Below, one piece after another: positions 13,061-26,702 of a DNA stretch of 64,000 nt (positions within the stretch are counted from its first letter, which is position 1; each line of letters opens with the position of its first letter). The DNA comes from Callorhinchus milii. Taxonomy: Eukaryota. The notes below the pieces were generated by a model. That model ran no database searches, was not told the DNA's origin, and saw only the letters and a list, made by a program, of their open reading frames with translations. The position numbers were made by a program, and so were the translations under genes. Where the stretch lies: positions 58,282,001-58,346,000 of the forward strand of contig NW_024704743.1 of NCBI RefSeq assembly GCF_018977255.1. Direction: 5' to 3'.

Positions 13061-13957
13061 GTCGACAAATAAAGAATGACAATTTCAGCAAGGTATTGGA
13101 GGATGGCTGGAGCCTGTGGAACCATAACTCAGTAAGTGTTGATAACTGCAGGTGAAGAAGAAAATAAACGAAAATAAAATGATGCTTCTATAATATTCAT
13201 TCTATAATATTTGCTTATTTTTAAGCCAGTTTGTGGTGTTAAGTGTGCCCCTAGGCAGAACATAAAATTCCTCATAATTGTCATTGACTTGTAAATTTCA
13301 CTACTTAAAAATAGCTTATGTAAGAATTGGAAAAAATATGATTTTGGTGCAGTTGGAGTGCACTTCTTAGAGTGGGATAGGGCATAATTTTGTAGCAGTG
13401 GAGGAAGCTTTGCGGTTTATCTTGTGTTGTAACTAACCAAATAAGGTAAAATCATTGGATTCTCTCAGCACACACATTGCTCTTTTAATGGTCACAAAAC
13501 CATGATTCTTTTAATGTAAAATTGGGACCAAGTAGAATTTGTACCTTAAGTGCATCTCCTTTGATGCAGTTCTCGTGTGATCTTTTTGATGGGTTTTAGG
13601 AAATGGTAAGCATTGCTTCTGATGAGAAAGTAGCATTACTTCTGGCTTGGAGAAATGGTAGGAAAGGTAATGTAAAAAAAATCACATCAAAGAACTTGTA
13701 CTTTAAAGCAACAGGGAATTCTGACTTGTCTCCTCATGCTTATTAATATCATGCATATAAAGTCTGTCTTTTCTTTATGCCATTCAGATCTTTGTTAGCA
13801 ATCAGAATCAATAATTCTTGAAACATTGAATTTAATCACTTTTTTATAAACATTATTTAACTTCAACCTTTAGAATTTGTTAACGATTTTTTAACACTTA
13901 AATAATTGAGAAATTAAAAGTATAACTAAGATAATTAATACATGCACAATGCCATTG

Positions 13958-14234
13958 TTTTTTATGGCTTAGTGCCTGGCATGTCTTATCAGTATTACGC
14001 AGGTGGTCCATAAATATAAAATATTACATACAAGTTAATAATTGATTTCAAAAGTGTGAGTCAATGAAGCATTGCGGAATATGATTTAGTCAGGCCGAAA
14101 TACTTGCAAATGAATATATTTCTTCCTGATGTTTAAGCTGCAGCTTTTATGTGGTGTTCATTTAAACTGGAAATAAAGCTGGACTGAACAAAATTACATT
14201 ATGAATTCAAAAGTAGATTAAATTGCATGTGAAA
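13958..14234 (+). repeat. Diverged non-coding paralog, copy A (pairs with 28191-28472)
   Basis: Collinear shared blocks gtgcctggc, cttatcagt, tggtccataaatataaaata, ataattg, atttcttcc, ctgaaca; roughly 70% identity by eye. Confidence 0.8.
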
Positions 14235-15224
14235 GAGAAATGAAATTAAAAGATATGAACAAGGACTTTGAGCCGTTGTTTAGACTGTTGAAACCTGCAG
14301 TCTCCATGGGGTTGTAATTAAAAGCTGCTATGCATGGTTATTGCACCAAATTAAGTGCCTTATTGATTTGAATTTGACTAAATCTAGAAGAATCAACAAT
14401 TTCAGATCAGCTGAGTGATTGACACTCCCATCTTTTCAAAGAGGATCTGCCTTACGTTAGGCATAATTTTCATCAATCTGTCAAATTTCCTGTGCTTTCA
14501 GAGCCTATCGTGGCTTGCCAGGTAATAATAAAAATTGTAATAGCATTGCTATTAATATTATTAATAATATTACACATATTAATAATATTACAATTATTAT
14601 TAATAATAATATTACCAGTGTCCTGGTTAATAATCCCCCAAATAAAATTGGTCATTCATTTTATAGCTGTTTGTGGGACATTGCTGTGCACAATTGTGCT
14701 GCCATATTTCTCTACAAATAGACAAACACTCCATTTCACAGTAAAACCTGGGAAACACTTTGAGATGCCCTTCCAACATGCTAATATGCTATACCAAATG
14801 CAAAATAAATTATTATAGCAAGTCTAAAATTCCAATAATATTAATCCTTACATTTGATATAATATCTTTCACACTTAGGTCTCAAAGCACTTCGCACCAT
14901 CTATTGAAAAATGGAGTGACTATCTTTGTAGACAAGCGCTGCATTCAATTTGAGCACAACAATGTCCCGCAGACAACCATGAGAAATTAAAGAAATTAAA
15001 GCATAGAAGAAGGCAATTTGTCCCATCATTACCTTGACGAATGGCCAGGAAAGATCAGCGATAGACAAAAGATCAAAATACTCCAGTGTTGCTCTAATAG
15101 ATGGGTTGAGCTACTCAGCTCACTGATGGGCAGAAAACATGGTCACCTCTGTCTCTGGCAGAAATGTTTTTACTGTTTGTGGCAGTCATTGGCTTCTGGA
15201 GGGCCCTGCAAAATAGATTTCTTC

Positions 15225-15790
15225 ATCGATACTGTGGACCACTCCATCCTCCTCCACCACCTCTCCTTTCACCTCAACCTTTGACGTTCTGTCCTTGAAT
15301 GGTTCAGGTCTTATCTCTCACACCGCCTCCAATTTGTCTCCGCCAACGGTTTCTCTTCCAGCATCCCCACAGTCTTTTGTGGTGTTCTTCAGGGCTCTGT
15401 CCTGGCTCCCCTCCTCTTCAACCTCTACATGCTCTCCCTTGGTGACATCAGCAGACATGGGGTCAACTTCCACATGTACGCAGATGACATGCAACTCTCT
15501 CTCTCCCTCGATTCCAGGACAACTGATGTCCTGACACATGTCTGTCAGACATCAAATCCTGGATGAGAGCTAACTTTCTTCAGCTGAATGTCAGCAAGAC
15601 TGAGGCCCTCCTAATTGGCTCACACCAGCACTTCAGCACCTCAGGCACTGGCAGCATCAGCATACACAGTTGCCCACTCCACCTCACCAAGCCAGTTAGG
15701 AACCTGGGCATCTTGTTCGACCCTCAACTGTCCTTTCTCCTCCATATCCGTGCTGTGACCTGCTCTGCCTTCCCCCACCTTTGTAATATT
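15225..15790 (+). mobile_element. L2 reverse transcriptase fragment (decayed)
   Basis: [22 protein letters not shown]...VRNLGILFDPQLSF; the YADD motif is encoded by tacgcagatgac at about 15477. Confidence 0.85.
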
Positions 15791-16019
15791 GTTGTTGATT
15801 CTTAAAGAATTCTCATCAACAGCTGTTACCAGACAGTCCATTTACTAACATTCCTTGTGCCGTGGAACATTACATTACACTGTGATCATATGACTCAAGT
15901 AAAGTACCAAAACTACATTGATCCTATTCAAGGTACTTATTCAATAGGAGAAAGGAATTTGACCTGGTGTGCTAGCCAATCATCCTTCAACTAAAATTGA
16001 TAATAATAATAAAAGATAA

Positions 16020-16655
16020 TCCATAATTTCGCTATTGCAATATCATGTCTGGGGGGACATTTGAAAGCACTTCACAGGATCCGCTATAAAGCGTATTGAC
16101 TATATCTTGTAGGCAAATGCAACAGCCAATTAGCACACTAATATCCCACAAACAGCCTTGAAGTGAGTGATTAATTTATCTGGAGCATTGTTGGCAAGGG
16201 CACCGAGAGAAACTCCCTCCTCTTTTCAAGAACAACAACAAATTACATTTGTATAGCACCTTTCATGTTGGGAAGACGTCCCAAGGATCTTAACATCCAA
16301 CTGAATAGTTTCTCAATTTAACTTCTTCTCCGAAGGACGGCACCTCTGACAATGCAACACCCCCAGGCATTGCATTGAATAGTAGCCTAGACTTTATGAA
16401 TTCAAAGCCTAAAGTGGAGGCTTGCCTCCTTCAAGACCCATCTCAAACCCTCCTCTTCGACCATGTTTTCGATCTCCCTGCTTACCCCCTGCCCTCCACC
16501 TCCGCGACCCCAACCCCCAGCTCGGGTCCAAAACTGTCTGTCCAGCGCCTTGGGACATGAAAGGCGCTACACAAATGTGATTTTGTTGTTGTTGTTGTTT
16601 GAACCACAACCTTCTGACTCAGAAGCAAGAGTGCTACCAATGGAGCCAGGCTGAC
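16020..16655 (-). mobile_element. Deu-domain SINE interrupted by two L2 3' ends
   Basis: Head on + as tttgaaccacaaccttctgactcagaagcaagagtgctaccaatggagccagg; L2 tails at 16231-16286 (-) and about 16415-16598 (+). Confidence 0.75.
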
Positions 16656-18961
16656 ACACAGCAACCATCACTCATTTTGTGACTGTTTGTGGGACCTTGC
16701 TGTGTGTAAATTGACAACCGTGTTCATGTAGAATATATAGTAACGACAGTTTGAAGCACTTTGAAATGCTTTGAAACCTCTCAAAGACATGATAACGTGC
16801 TACATCAAATGCAAGCAGTATTATTATTTGACAATAATTACCTATGAAACACCTTGAGATACTTTGACATTAGATATTATCAAATTCAAGAATCTTGCAG
16901 GATTATATTATTTGGTAAGAGGTGGGAGGAAGGGCCTTCAAAACAAACTCCTTTGTCTGTTTTTAATCTCTTCCAGAGCTTATCCCAATATGAACCCTCC
17001 CCCACGCCCCCCCCCACCTTCTGGGATTGACATACCAGTGGCGCTTTGCATTCAACAAGGCCCCGCTGAACACAATACGACCCTCACAGGGTTTCCGCAT
17101 CATGTCCTTTATCGCATGTTAATGGAGTATGAACTATGTGAAGCAATAAAGGAGCTTCTGGCATATAAAAACTTAGGGAGCAACCTGTTTTGATACGATT
17201 CGAATAATAAAAGTACCATATTTTGTCTGTTAATAGCATGTTACCTCATCAGGGGACCTATAAATATTTGGTGATGTGCTGTAGTCTTACTATTCTTCAG
17301 CTTGAAAACATGGTTGTTGAGTTTTTATTCATTTCTTGATTCTTTATTAATTGGTGCTTGCAGCGATGAACCATAACACATGACTTTCTCTATGGATGCC
17401 ATTTAATTAAATGACTGACTTTTGCCTTTAATGTTTTATCCATCAAACAGGCAGCTGCTCACTTAAACCACTGATCTCCAAGTCTGCTGTGTTTCTTTTG
17501 CAACTTTTCAAATACAATTTTCAACAAATAAAATAGGAACGCAAAGGTGTGATACCTTCTGGATCAAGGTGTGTTAGCTATCAGGGTATGGGAACACACA
17601 GGGAAATGGAACTGAAAGGACTGCTCTTTAAAGAGCTAGCACAGACATGATGGGCAGAATGGCTTTCTTCTGTGCTGTAATTTTCTACAGTTTTATGTTA
17701 TCCTTGTGGCACTCGTGCACACCCACTTGTATTGCGCTCTCACTCTAGCTTCAAATTTATTCCAAATTGGCTAACTAGCTTGAATCGTCTGAACTTTAGG
17801 TGTCATCCTGGTTCAGTTGATAGAACTCTCGCCTCTGAGTCAAGAGGTTGTTGGTTAATGCCCTATCTGAAGGCTTTCAGCACTTGGATGAGAGCTGCAT
17901 TGTCAAAGTAGCCATCCTTTGGATGAGCATGAAGCCAAGCTGCTCTCTACTTATTCAGTAGGATGTGACGTTTTGAGTTATTGTTTACTAAAATTATGAT
18001 ATTCCCCATTAGCTGGCAGCTAAAGGCTGCAATCTGCAAGCTAAAAAAATTATGCAGCAGACCTCACCACTGAATACTCTGGCATGGATGAGAGGTTGGA
18101 GGGTGGGGGGAGGCTGAGGGAAGAGGATGGATCAACCTGCGCCACATTTGATGTGTTAAATAGTTAAATATCACACAGACTTTCAATTTGATTCCAAAAC
18201 ATTAATGCCATAAATCTGAATTCAAAATTGAAAAATGGTGAATCAATATCTGAAAGAGAACGACAAGTAGTTAACATCTCAATGACTGGTTAACAACTCT
18301 TTGATCATTAGATTGGGGGGTGGGAGGGGAGGAAGGTCACACCCAAAACATTATCCACTGTCTTTAAGCTTCAAATGCTGATCAATCTATTATAACTATT
18401 GACCATTGTATGTGTTTATTACAGCTAGAGCTTCTCTAAACATTTCTAGTGCTGCTGCTTAAACTGGTGAGAGGGAGTGATGCTATTATAAGTAGATTGG
18501 ACAAAATCACAGGAAGTCTCAGCTGCACTGGAAATATTCTCATCTCTGGAATTGGTTTTGTCCACACTAATAGGCACAGTTGGATTTTTCAGTTCACAGT
18601 GACTGCAAACATCTTCTACCAAATAAATATACTGCTGTGATTTAAAGCACTGGAGGAAGAATCCTAAAGGGTAGAATGGCCCTTGTTGGGCAAGCCAGTT
18701 ATTTATCAAAATGGCAAATTATGTGAGCTGGTTAAATGTCAGCAATATATTCTGGGTTCCACTTCTGGTCAATACTACTATGTATCCAGCTGTACACTGT
18801 TTTTTCATGGACGTGTTCAGGACAGGAATTGGCTTGACTATCATATCTACCATGGTCAAATCGCCTGCTGATACTTATTATTTGCTCAATTGGGTGAGGT
18901 ACCAAAGGGCCCATGAAGTGCATGGATTCAAACTCAATTCAGTCATGAACTTCAGAGTTCC

Positions 18962-19151
18962 AAAATTCCACCTAGTCTTAGCCTGAAAGACCATTTACTC
19001 TTAAAATTTAAGATCATGCGGATTGGTGGAAAATTCTTAAATTCAGTCTTAATTGAATTTAATTAAGTTAGAACTGGTTCCTTCCTTAAAACAATGTGGT
19101 ACATCAAATTTAAGAGTGGAATTAAGAATTTTCCACAATCCTGTTCGATCT
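18962..19151. mobile_element. Palindromic MITE-like element, right end truncated
   Basis: Perfect 15-bp inverted repeat gtggaaaattcttaa (19026-19040) / ttaagaattttccac (19122-19136); left terminus matches 39437 and 20824. Confidence 0.7.
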
Positions 19152-19399
19152 CAGGACATGATAATGCCCAAGCCTTGGCTCTACCATCCTGTGTCTCATC
19201 CTGTTGGAACTATGCGAGCAGCGTGCATCTCTCCCGGGAGAGAGTGGGCTTTCTATTTTTGTTTTTCATTTGATTTCAACCTATTTTCCACTTCTGTTCT
19301 TGATTCTATGTTCTATCTATTTGCCTGTCAGACATCAAGGCTTTGATGAAGCAACATTTCCTACAACTATACGTGGACAGATCCTTCTTGGTTCCCAAC

Positions 19400-19950
19400 A
19401 ATAATAATAATAATAATCCTCACATTTGATATAGCGCCTTATCACATCTTCAAGATGTCTCAAAGCACTTCAAAGAATATACTGTAAAGTGAATTGACTG
19501 CATATATTCTGGGCAAAATGTGGCAGCCAATTGCGCACAGCAGATGTCTCCTCATTTCTTGCTCTGACCTCCTTAATCTTCCTGACCTCTCTATCCAAGT
19601 CACTTGTGCAACCTTTCTCCATCACATCCGGTCTCTTTCCAAGACTGCTTTTCTTCAGCCCACATCCTGTGCCCCTACCTTACTCAAAATGCTACCGAAC
19701 CCTTTTATGCCATCTTCCCACTAAAATTTTCTTACACACTCCTTGCTAGTTTCCCTAGCTCAACTATCCATAAACTTCCCCCACCCACATTCTCAACTGC
19801 ACCAAACTAGGTATGTTCATCACCCCAATCCTCAACTCTCCGCAGGCCAATTTCAAGATCCTCAACCTTACCTACAAATCCTTTCATATTCTAGCACCTC
19901 CCTATCTCTCTGATTGCTTCCTAACTCACTCTTATCCCTTCCAATGAGTT
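19400..19950. mobile_element. SINE 3' end (-, 19400-19545) abutting an old L2 fragment (+, 19545-19950)
   Basis: (TAA)n plus cctcacatttgatatagcgcc tail; downstream ttcaagatcctcaaccttacctacaaatcc (L2 FKIL.LTYK). Confidence 0.65.
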
Positions 19951-20823
19951 GTGTCCTCCAGCACTCACTCATGCAACAGAACCTGTTGTGAATAAGTGGA
20001 TGAAACTCTTCAGTATATTTTGGTTCAAAGCTACACATCACAAGCAAAAAGTGAGCTGTGACGTGCCAGTTCACCAGCATTCTCTAAAGTGGCAAAATCA
20101 ATCATAGTCAATGCAAATGGTTAGAGTTTCTGAATATTACATTTGTGCTTCCAACTTGAGCTTTGCCGCAGTTAGAAAACTATTCCCTCATGATTTACAG
20201 ATGTAGCATTATTTTAATAGACTGGCCTGGCTTGGACTGTTTGTTTAGAGATTTAGATTTTATGGCTTCTGTGTGCAGTTAAAAGAGGATGTGTTATGTC
20301 ATACTCCCACAAATTACACATTGCCATCACTGATCACTTCTCTCACCTTGTAGGCTATGAGCACTTTCAGATCATCCAAAGTAATTTCTCAAGTCAATGC
20401 TGCTTTTATTCAGGAGACAACGGTCGATAGCAACTTCAAAAATTCCAGACTGCAGCAAATGAGAATCAAACACGACTCTTTGTCATTACTGTGTTCCTCA
20501 GTACTTTGCGTACTATCAATTGTACCCACAGGCTTGACTGTGTCAACAGGAAGGGGCTCTACAGCTTTCATTCTATTAATGTGAAGGTCAATTATCTACT
20601 ATAAATGCAAAACCTTCATCTGCATTTTTCAAGGGCTCCCATTTGCCCAAAAGTTTCTTTGAAGTTAAAAAAGAAATTACGTTGAAATAATTATTTTGGG
20701 TCTGTTGATAGAATCGACTGACAAAGATGCTTGAATCCTTTTTCCTTTCAGTGACCATTACTCATTTATTATTTTCAGTTGTCAGTGAGACAGTAGACGA
20801 TTTCTAAAAGAACTTTAGGCACA

Positions 20824-21142
20824 AAAATTCAACCTAGTCTTAGCCTAGAAGTGTTAAAATGTAAGATTTCTCAGAATTGTGGAAAAATATTAATAATAAT
20901 AATCCTTACACTAGATATAGCACCTTAACACATCATCGAGACGTCTCAAAACACTTCACAGAACATGAGCATGTGAATGTGAATATTTTGTAGGCAAACA
21001 AATTAGTATTAATTTGGCAGTCAGTTTTGAAAGTCCTTAAAAAAACTGACTTCCAAATTAAGATGGAATTTAAGAATTGTCCACAATCTTGCATGATCTT
21101 AAAATAAAAGAGAAATTTGTCTTAGAGCTACCGGTTGAAATT
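20824..21142. mobile_element. Palindromic MITE-like element with a SINE tail inserted (about 20890-21000)
   Basis: Left end aaaattcaacctagtcttagcct; internal inverted repeat aatttggcagtcagtttt / aaaactgacttccaaatt; right arm gaatttaagaattgtccacaat. Confidence 0.65.
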
Positions 21143-21457
21143 CTTGGTTTATCCACCACAAGCTGCAGATTATTTAGAACTCTGCAGCTTGTATCCTCTG
21201 CCATACCAAGCTCTGTGACCCTATCACCCCCCACCTTGGCCCAGTTCTACTGGTTCCTCAACCCGCAGAGGATAGAGTTTAAGATCCTCATCCTCACTTC
21301 CCGGTTCTTAATAACTTTCTGTTTTTTTTCTCTCAGAGGACAGAGGCTATAATCTGATAATATTTCCTATGACTTATGACGGATGACTTCAGTGGTCTAC
21401 AACTGAGAAAAGTAAGATTGGAGGAGAATGCATTATTATTATCACATTCACCTTGCA

Positions 21458-22465
21458 ATAACAACAACAGATTTCATTTATTTAGCGCCCTTCTCATCGT
21501 GAGGATGTCCAAAGGCTTTGGACATTCAAGGCGCCAGGTACCGGCTGGTTTGCTCCTGAGCTGTGATTGAAATCAAGAAGTGTGAAGGACAAAAGGGGTG
21601 GGGTTGGGAGGATGACTGAAGACACAATCAAAGAGGAAGATCTTGAAACAGGCCTTGAAAGAGACAAGGGAGGGAGAAAGGCAAAGAGATTCCGGGATGG
21701 AGTTCCAGAGAATGGGGGCATCAAGGCTGAAGGCCAAACTGATGATGGTGGAGCGAGCAGGACGGGAGACTTAGAGCAGGCCAGTGCTTGCTGAGCAGAG
21801 AGTGAAGGTCAGTTGGTAAGGTTTTAGCAGTTCACAGAGGTAGGGGAGGAACAAGACCTTAGAGGACTTTAAAAATGAGGAGAAGGATCGTAAACTCTGT
21901 CCTCTAGGGGATGAGGAGCTAGTAGAGCCAGACGAGGGTGGGGGTGATAGGGTCATGGAGCTTGGTACAGCAGAGGACACAAGTGGCAGAGTTCTAAATA
22001 ATCTGCAGTTTGTGGTGGGAAGAGTTGGGAAGGCCGACAAGCAGTGAGTTAGCTTAGTCGAACCTGGATGCGATGAATGCGTGGATGAGGGTCTCGGTGG
22101 CCTGAGGGGAGAGGCAGTGGTGGAGCCGTGCAATGCTGCGGAGGTGGGGGAAGGCAGAATGGGTCAAGGCACAGATGTGGGTTGAAAGCACAGTTGAGGG
22201 TCAAACAATATACTCAAACAATAGCACATTGTTTCAGCGAGCTATAGACTGAATTGTGATTATGTCAGTGCCTGAAGTGAAGAGGCACTGATGGGAGCCA
22301 AGCAGGAGGGCTTGCATTTAGTCGACATTCAACTGTAGAAAGTTAGCCAGCATCCAGGACTTGTTATCTGGCAGACATTCTGTCAGGTCAGCAATGGTGC
22401 TGAGTCGAGGGTGGAGGAAGAGAGATAGAGTTGGATGTCATACATGTGGAAGTTAACCCCATGCA
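21458..22465 (-). mobile_element. L2 3' portion (about 1 kb)
   Basis: (CAA)n tail at about 21458-21468; ORF fragments [21 protein letters not shown] and PYLCELLKPY. Confidence 0.85.
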
Positions 22466-23813
22466 ACACACTAGGAAGTAAATGAATGGTTCTGTTACCT
22501 TCAAAAGCAGAGGTTAGCAGGTCGGAGGTGTTTTTTACTATGCCTTTGGAAGTAGCAACCCAAGGAGTAATAAGGTAAAGGGTGTCTCCTCTTATATTAC
22601 TATCCACTGCCAGTAATTACTTGTGAAGTGGTTTAAACCATTTTGATGTGCTGAGGTGCTGTGCTGAAAATGCAATTTTTTTTAACCCAATGCTACTGCC
22701 GCTAACGTTTACCCTGACGTCAGCAGTGATACTGTGTGAAGTAAATGAGGTGTCACAACTAACTACCTCCAGAGGTTAAAAGACTCGCTTAAAAGGGGTT
22801 GATTTTGACAGCGCCCCTAGCAGTAGATCTGGTGACACTGGACACAGAGGCTTGCAGTCTGAATGAGGCAGCTTTACACTCGTTGGACTGCATGTATTTT
22901 TCTGGCCATTGCCAAAAGTAAATTGGCCAGAAACAGTTGCAAATTATACGTTAAAAAGCAACGGCACTGTTAAGCTGCTGCATGACTGGTTTCTTTTCCT
23001 GACAGACTTTTTATTTAAATATATAAAGGGAATTGCAGCCCTGCAGAAGTTGGAAGCTGCTCTCCTATGCCCTGAGTGGTTGATTATGTCAAATTCAGAG
23101 TATTTACCCTGCAGGGATCATTTTCTGCCAGCAACAGGCAAATAACAGAACATTTGTGAACTTGTGCATTGTTATTGTTGCATTGTAACTTTTCTTTGCA
23201 GGTTGGTTGGACCTTCCCCAATGTCTGTGGCAGCCTAAAAAGGTAAAAGTAGGTGGAATGAGAATTCAGTTGATGCTGTTTGTATTTCCAATAGGAAGAT
23301 AGTAGCATTACCCCTGAAGATTTTGGAATCAAGTACATTGGTGTTTTATTTCCAATTTAGTCATATTAGGATCTAAATTGTGGTATTTGTGGAATTGCTT
23401 TATTAAGGAATCCACAGCAAAATACCACAGATTCGACTCCATTAGATCAACTCAAGGAACCTACAGGTCATTCTCTAATCCCCAGAGTTTGTGCAATTCT
23501 GTTTTAATTCATTTAGATGCCATCATTTATCAGTCAATAGACTTCATTGTAACATTGTAAATAGAACTATTTAAGACAGGCACATTGTTCATAATAATAT
23601 TTGCATTTGATAAGGCACCTTAAATGTCTCAAAGGATTTTACTGTAGAGTGTGGTGTGTATTTTGTATTTTTCATGCAGCATTTCTAAATTTTTTGTGCT
23701 AACTGAAAGTCAGAACTAGATACATTTTTTTGTGTTATCCAATGATGCTTGTCTAAACTATGGCATTCTAGTCTGTGTCATTTAATGCTACTTCATATGG
23801 GGCCATAGCCCAC

Positions 23814-24387
23814 TACAACAACAACAACAAGATTCCATTTATAGAGTGCCTTTCACGTCGGGAGGACGTCCCAAGGCGCTGGGAGACCATCAGAGGATCT
23901 GCAATACCTTATCCTCATCCTCACCTACAAGGCCATTCACAGCCTCGCTCCCTCCTACCTCTCCGATCTACTATCCCCCTACTTACCTGCCCGTACCCTC
24001 CGTTCCTCTGGCTCCGGTCTGCTCCACATCTCCCGCCCCAACCGCCCTACCATCGGTGGCCGGGCCTTCAGCCTCTCAGCTCCGAGGCTCTGGAACTCTA
24101 TCCCCCAGTGCTTTCGCCGCCTCCTCCCTTTCCTCCTTCAAGGCCGGTCTCAAGACCTTTCTCTTTGACCGTGCCTTCAGCTCCCCTCTCGACTCTCTAC
24201 CCCCTCCTCGCTCTCTCCCTTCCCTCCCCTCACCGTGACCATTTCCCCCTTTCTCGCTCCCTCCCTTCCCTCCCCTCACCCTGACCATTTCCCCCCTGCT
24301 CGGGTCCTGACCCAACTGTCCAGTGCTTTGGGACGTCCTCCCGACATGAAAGGCGCTCTATAAATGGAATCTTGTTGTTGTTGTTGT
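23814..24387. mobile_element. Young L2 3' fragment (+, about 23885-24387) capped at its 5' end by an inverted second L2 tail (-, 23814-23881)
   Basis: The two ~68 bp termini are reverse complements with only a few mismatches; ORF SLSSFKAGLKTFLFDRAF. Confidence 0.85.
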
Positions 24388-24969
24388 ATGCACAATGTCT
24401 AAACAGTGTGAAGCAGCAAAAAAAAACAAGGGAAACAGGGTGCTGCACTATATTGCTAAATCAGTTGAGTTTAGATCCGCAGACATCATACTCAAGCTAT
24501 ATAGTGCACTAGTCAGACCACCCCTAGAGTGCTGCATACAGAAGGTCACTGTGACATAAGGGGCTGTCTGGCTCTAGAGGCAGAGCAGAGGAGAGCAACA
24601 AGGATGATCTCCATTGTTAGAGGAATGAGCTATGACCTGAGTCAGTAGAAAAGTGCAGAAATATTTGCCAAAAAGTGTGGGGAAATTTGACAAACTTTGC
24701 AGAAAATTGCAGGGAGTTGATTGGTGCTATTGAGCTACATTTTACTGCAAACCTTCATTTTTTCACTTAATTGTTAAAAGCTAAACATGAGGAAGTAACA
24801 CATATTAGATTGTTGCAAAAAAAATTCTTCTTTAACAAAAACTGGGTGGCCCATTTGGCTGGCAGGGGGAGCACCAGTTTCCCGGAGATCTGACCCAAAA
24901 CAGACACTCAGGACCTATGCCCTGACTGCAGGACGACAGGAGCTCACCACCTCCTGCCTCTCAGGGCCC

Positions 24970-25146
24970 AACAACACACACAAACACAGAGACAGAGACC
25001 CAGAGAGGTACACACACTCACAGACACAGAGAGAGACACACACACACATGGACACAAAGAGATAGACAGACGCACACACATAGAGAGGAGAGAGACTCAC
25101 TCACATAGAGACACTCACAAACACGTAGAGAGAGACACACACACAG
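24970..25146. repeat. Imperfect (CA)n/(GA)n compound microsatellite
   Basis: Directly visible. Confidence 0.9.
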
Positions 25147-25364
25147 ATAATCACAACAGTGGGGCCTCCGAGTGGAGTGAAGCCCATTTCCCATTTGATC
25201 TACACCATGCAGGCGCATCCAGAGCTGCCCACCCACATTTCCTTTGGATAAACAGGGCGAGAGGCCTGGGTCCCAGAAACCTAATTTTTTAGTGTTTTTA
25301 TAGCGGAGGGCGCTGTTTATAGAACAATTGGAGCCGCACTTTTCTATTGGACCAGGCTATGAGC

Positions 25365-25722
25365 AACAATTAGGTAAACTAGGGCTCTTCAATCTTGAGA
25401 AATGATGACTCAGAGGGATCTTATGCAGATGTAGGTTTGAAAAAATAAATCTAGATCAATACTTTTTGGATGCAACAAGAGAGTAGAACAAAAGCAAGAA
25501 GACACAGGTTTAGATGTATAAATGGCAATTTCAGGACAGACACCAGGAGGGTTTTTTTTACTCAAAGGGTATAATAACTGGAACAGGTTGCCAGGAAAGG
25601 TAGTTGAAGCTAGGGCAATGGATTTGTTAAAAAGCAGCTTGATACAGTGATGGGGGTGGTAAGGTGGACGTTATGGAAGGATGAGATCAGATGGGCCACT
25701 GAAACTAATCTTGTGATCTTGT
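25365..25722 (+). mobile_element. CR1 LINE 3' fragment
   Basis: aaactagggctcttcaatcttgag (KLGLF.LE), tttttttactcaaagggtataataactggaacaggttgcca, end (cttgtgat)2; same subfamily as 41065-41480. Confidence 0.75.
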
Positions 25723-25724
25723 GT

Positions 25725-26135
25725 TGTATTTGATATAATGCCTTATCGCATCATCAAGACATTGTCTCAAAGCGCTTTGTAGGATTTACTACAAAGTGCA
25801 GTGACTGCATATTTTGTTGGATAACATGACAGCCAATTTGCACGCAACAATGTCCCACAATACCATGATGGGAATGAACAATTTTATCTGGAGGATCATT
25901 GGTTGGAACACTGGAAGAAACTCCCTTTTCTTTTTTGAGTAATGCCAGGGGATATTTAACATCCAACCTGAATACGCAGATGAAACCCTGGTTTAATGTC
26001 TCATCAGAGGGGTGACACTTCTGACAATGCAGTGCCTCCCCAGCAGTGCACTGGAGTGTCAGCCCAAACTGTGAGCTCGAAATCCCATAACACACAATCT
26101 TCCGACACAGGAAGAAACTGAGCCAGTCTGACACC
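25725..26135 (-). mobile_element. Deu-domain SINE
   Basis: tttaacatccaacctgaa...ctggtttaatgtctcatc...cacttctgacaatgcagtgc and head actgagcca. Confidence 0.8.
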
Positions 26136-26702
26136 TACCTAGTTCTGTATTGTTTAGGAATAATGAAACAATTTTCCTAAACTTATGCTCATTCAAATTC
26201 AAACCTATTATTCTAACATAATGGGCTATAACCTACTCCAGTTGCTAAAAATAGTAATAATTTTCACTCTGTCTTTATAATGGTATTTCCTCCTAATTCT
26301 CCTTAAAATAGATATTTAAATCCTTCACTTATTTTCATGCAGGTAATTCTTGCTTTAAAATTCCTAGACACTGGATAAGGAGTATTGAGAGGCTAGAATA
26401 GTGTTTTGCCTTGACAAACTTGAAACTTTTATCAGTTCAGGGGAGCACCTGGTCTGCTTGAAGTGGGAGGATTAAACAATACTTTTAATTGAGGAATTTC
26501 AGGGTTTAAAATATCTGAGTCTGCTGCTTTGAAATGTGACCAAATGCAGTTGGAAATATTGCTTTTACAACTAATCATGTCTATCAATGAGATTATTGCC
26601 TGAAATCCTTTGCCTATGGAGTTATTCCCTTTAAGAGCCTATAGGATACTATCTTCTGAAACCTTGCTTTCCTGTACCCTTATTTCACTATCACTTATTT
26701 GT

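Noticed and set aside
14473..14818. Hydrophobic membrane-protein-like or Asn-rich ORFs
   Set aside because: They arise from AT-rich low-complexity sequence fused to a SINE fragment.
20340..20590. Coding exon (acceptor-like site on +, donor-like site on -)
   Set aside because: The frames I examined either stop or give no recognisable protein; splice-like motifs on both strands suggest chance.
21140..22030. A third local inverted duplication (about 21150-21300 versus 21875-22020)
   Set aside because: Both arms lie entirely within L2 sequence, are clearly diverged and share no unique flank, so they are best explained as independent copies of one subfamily.
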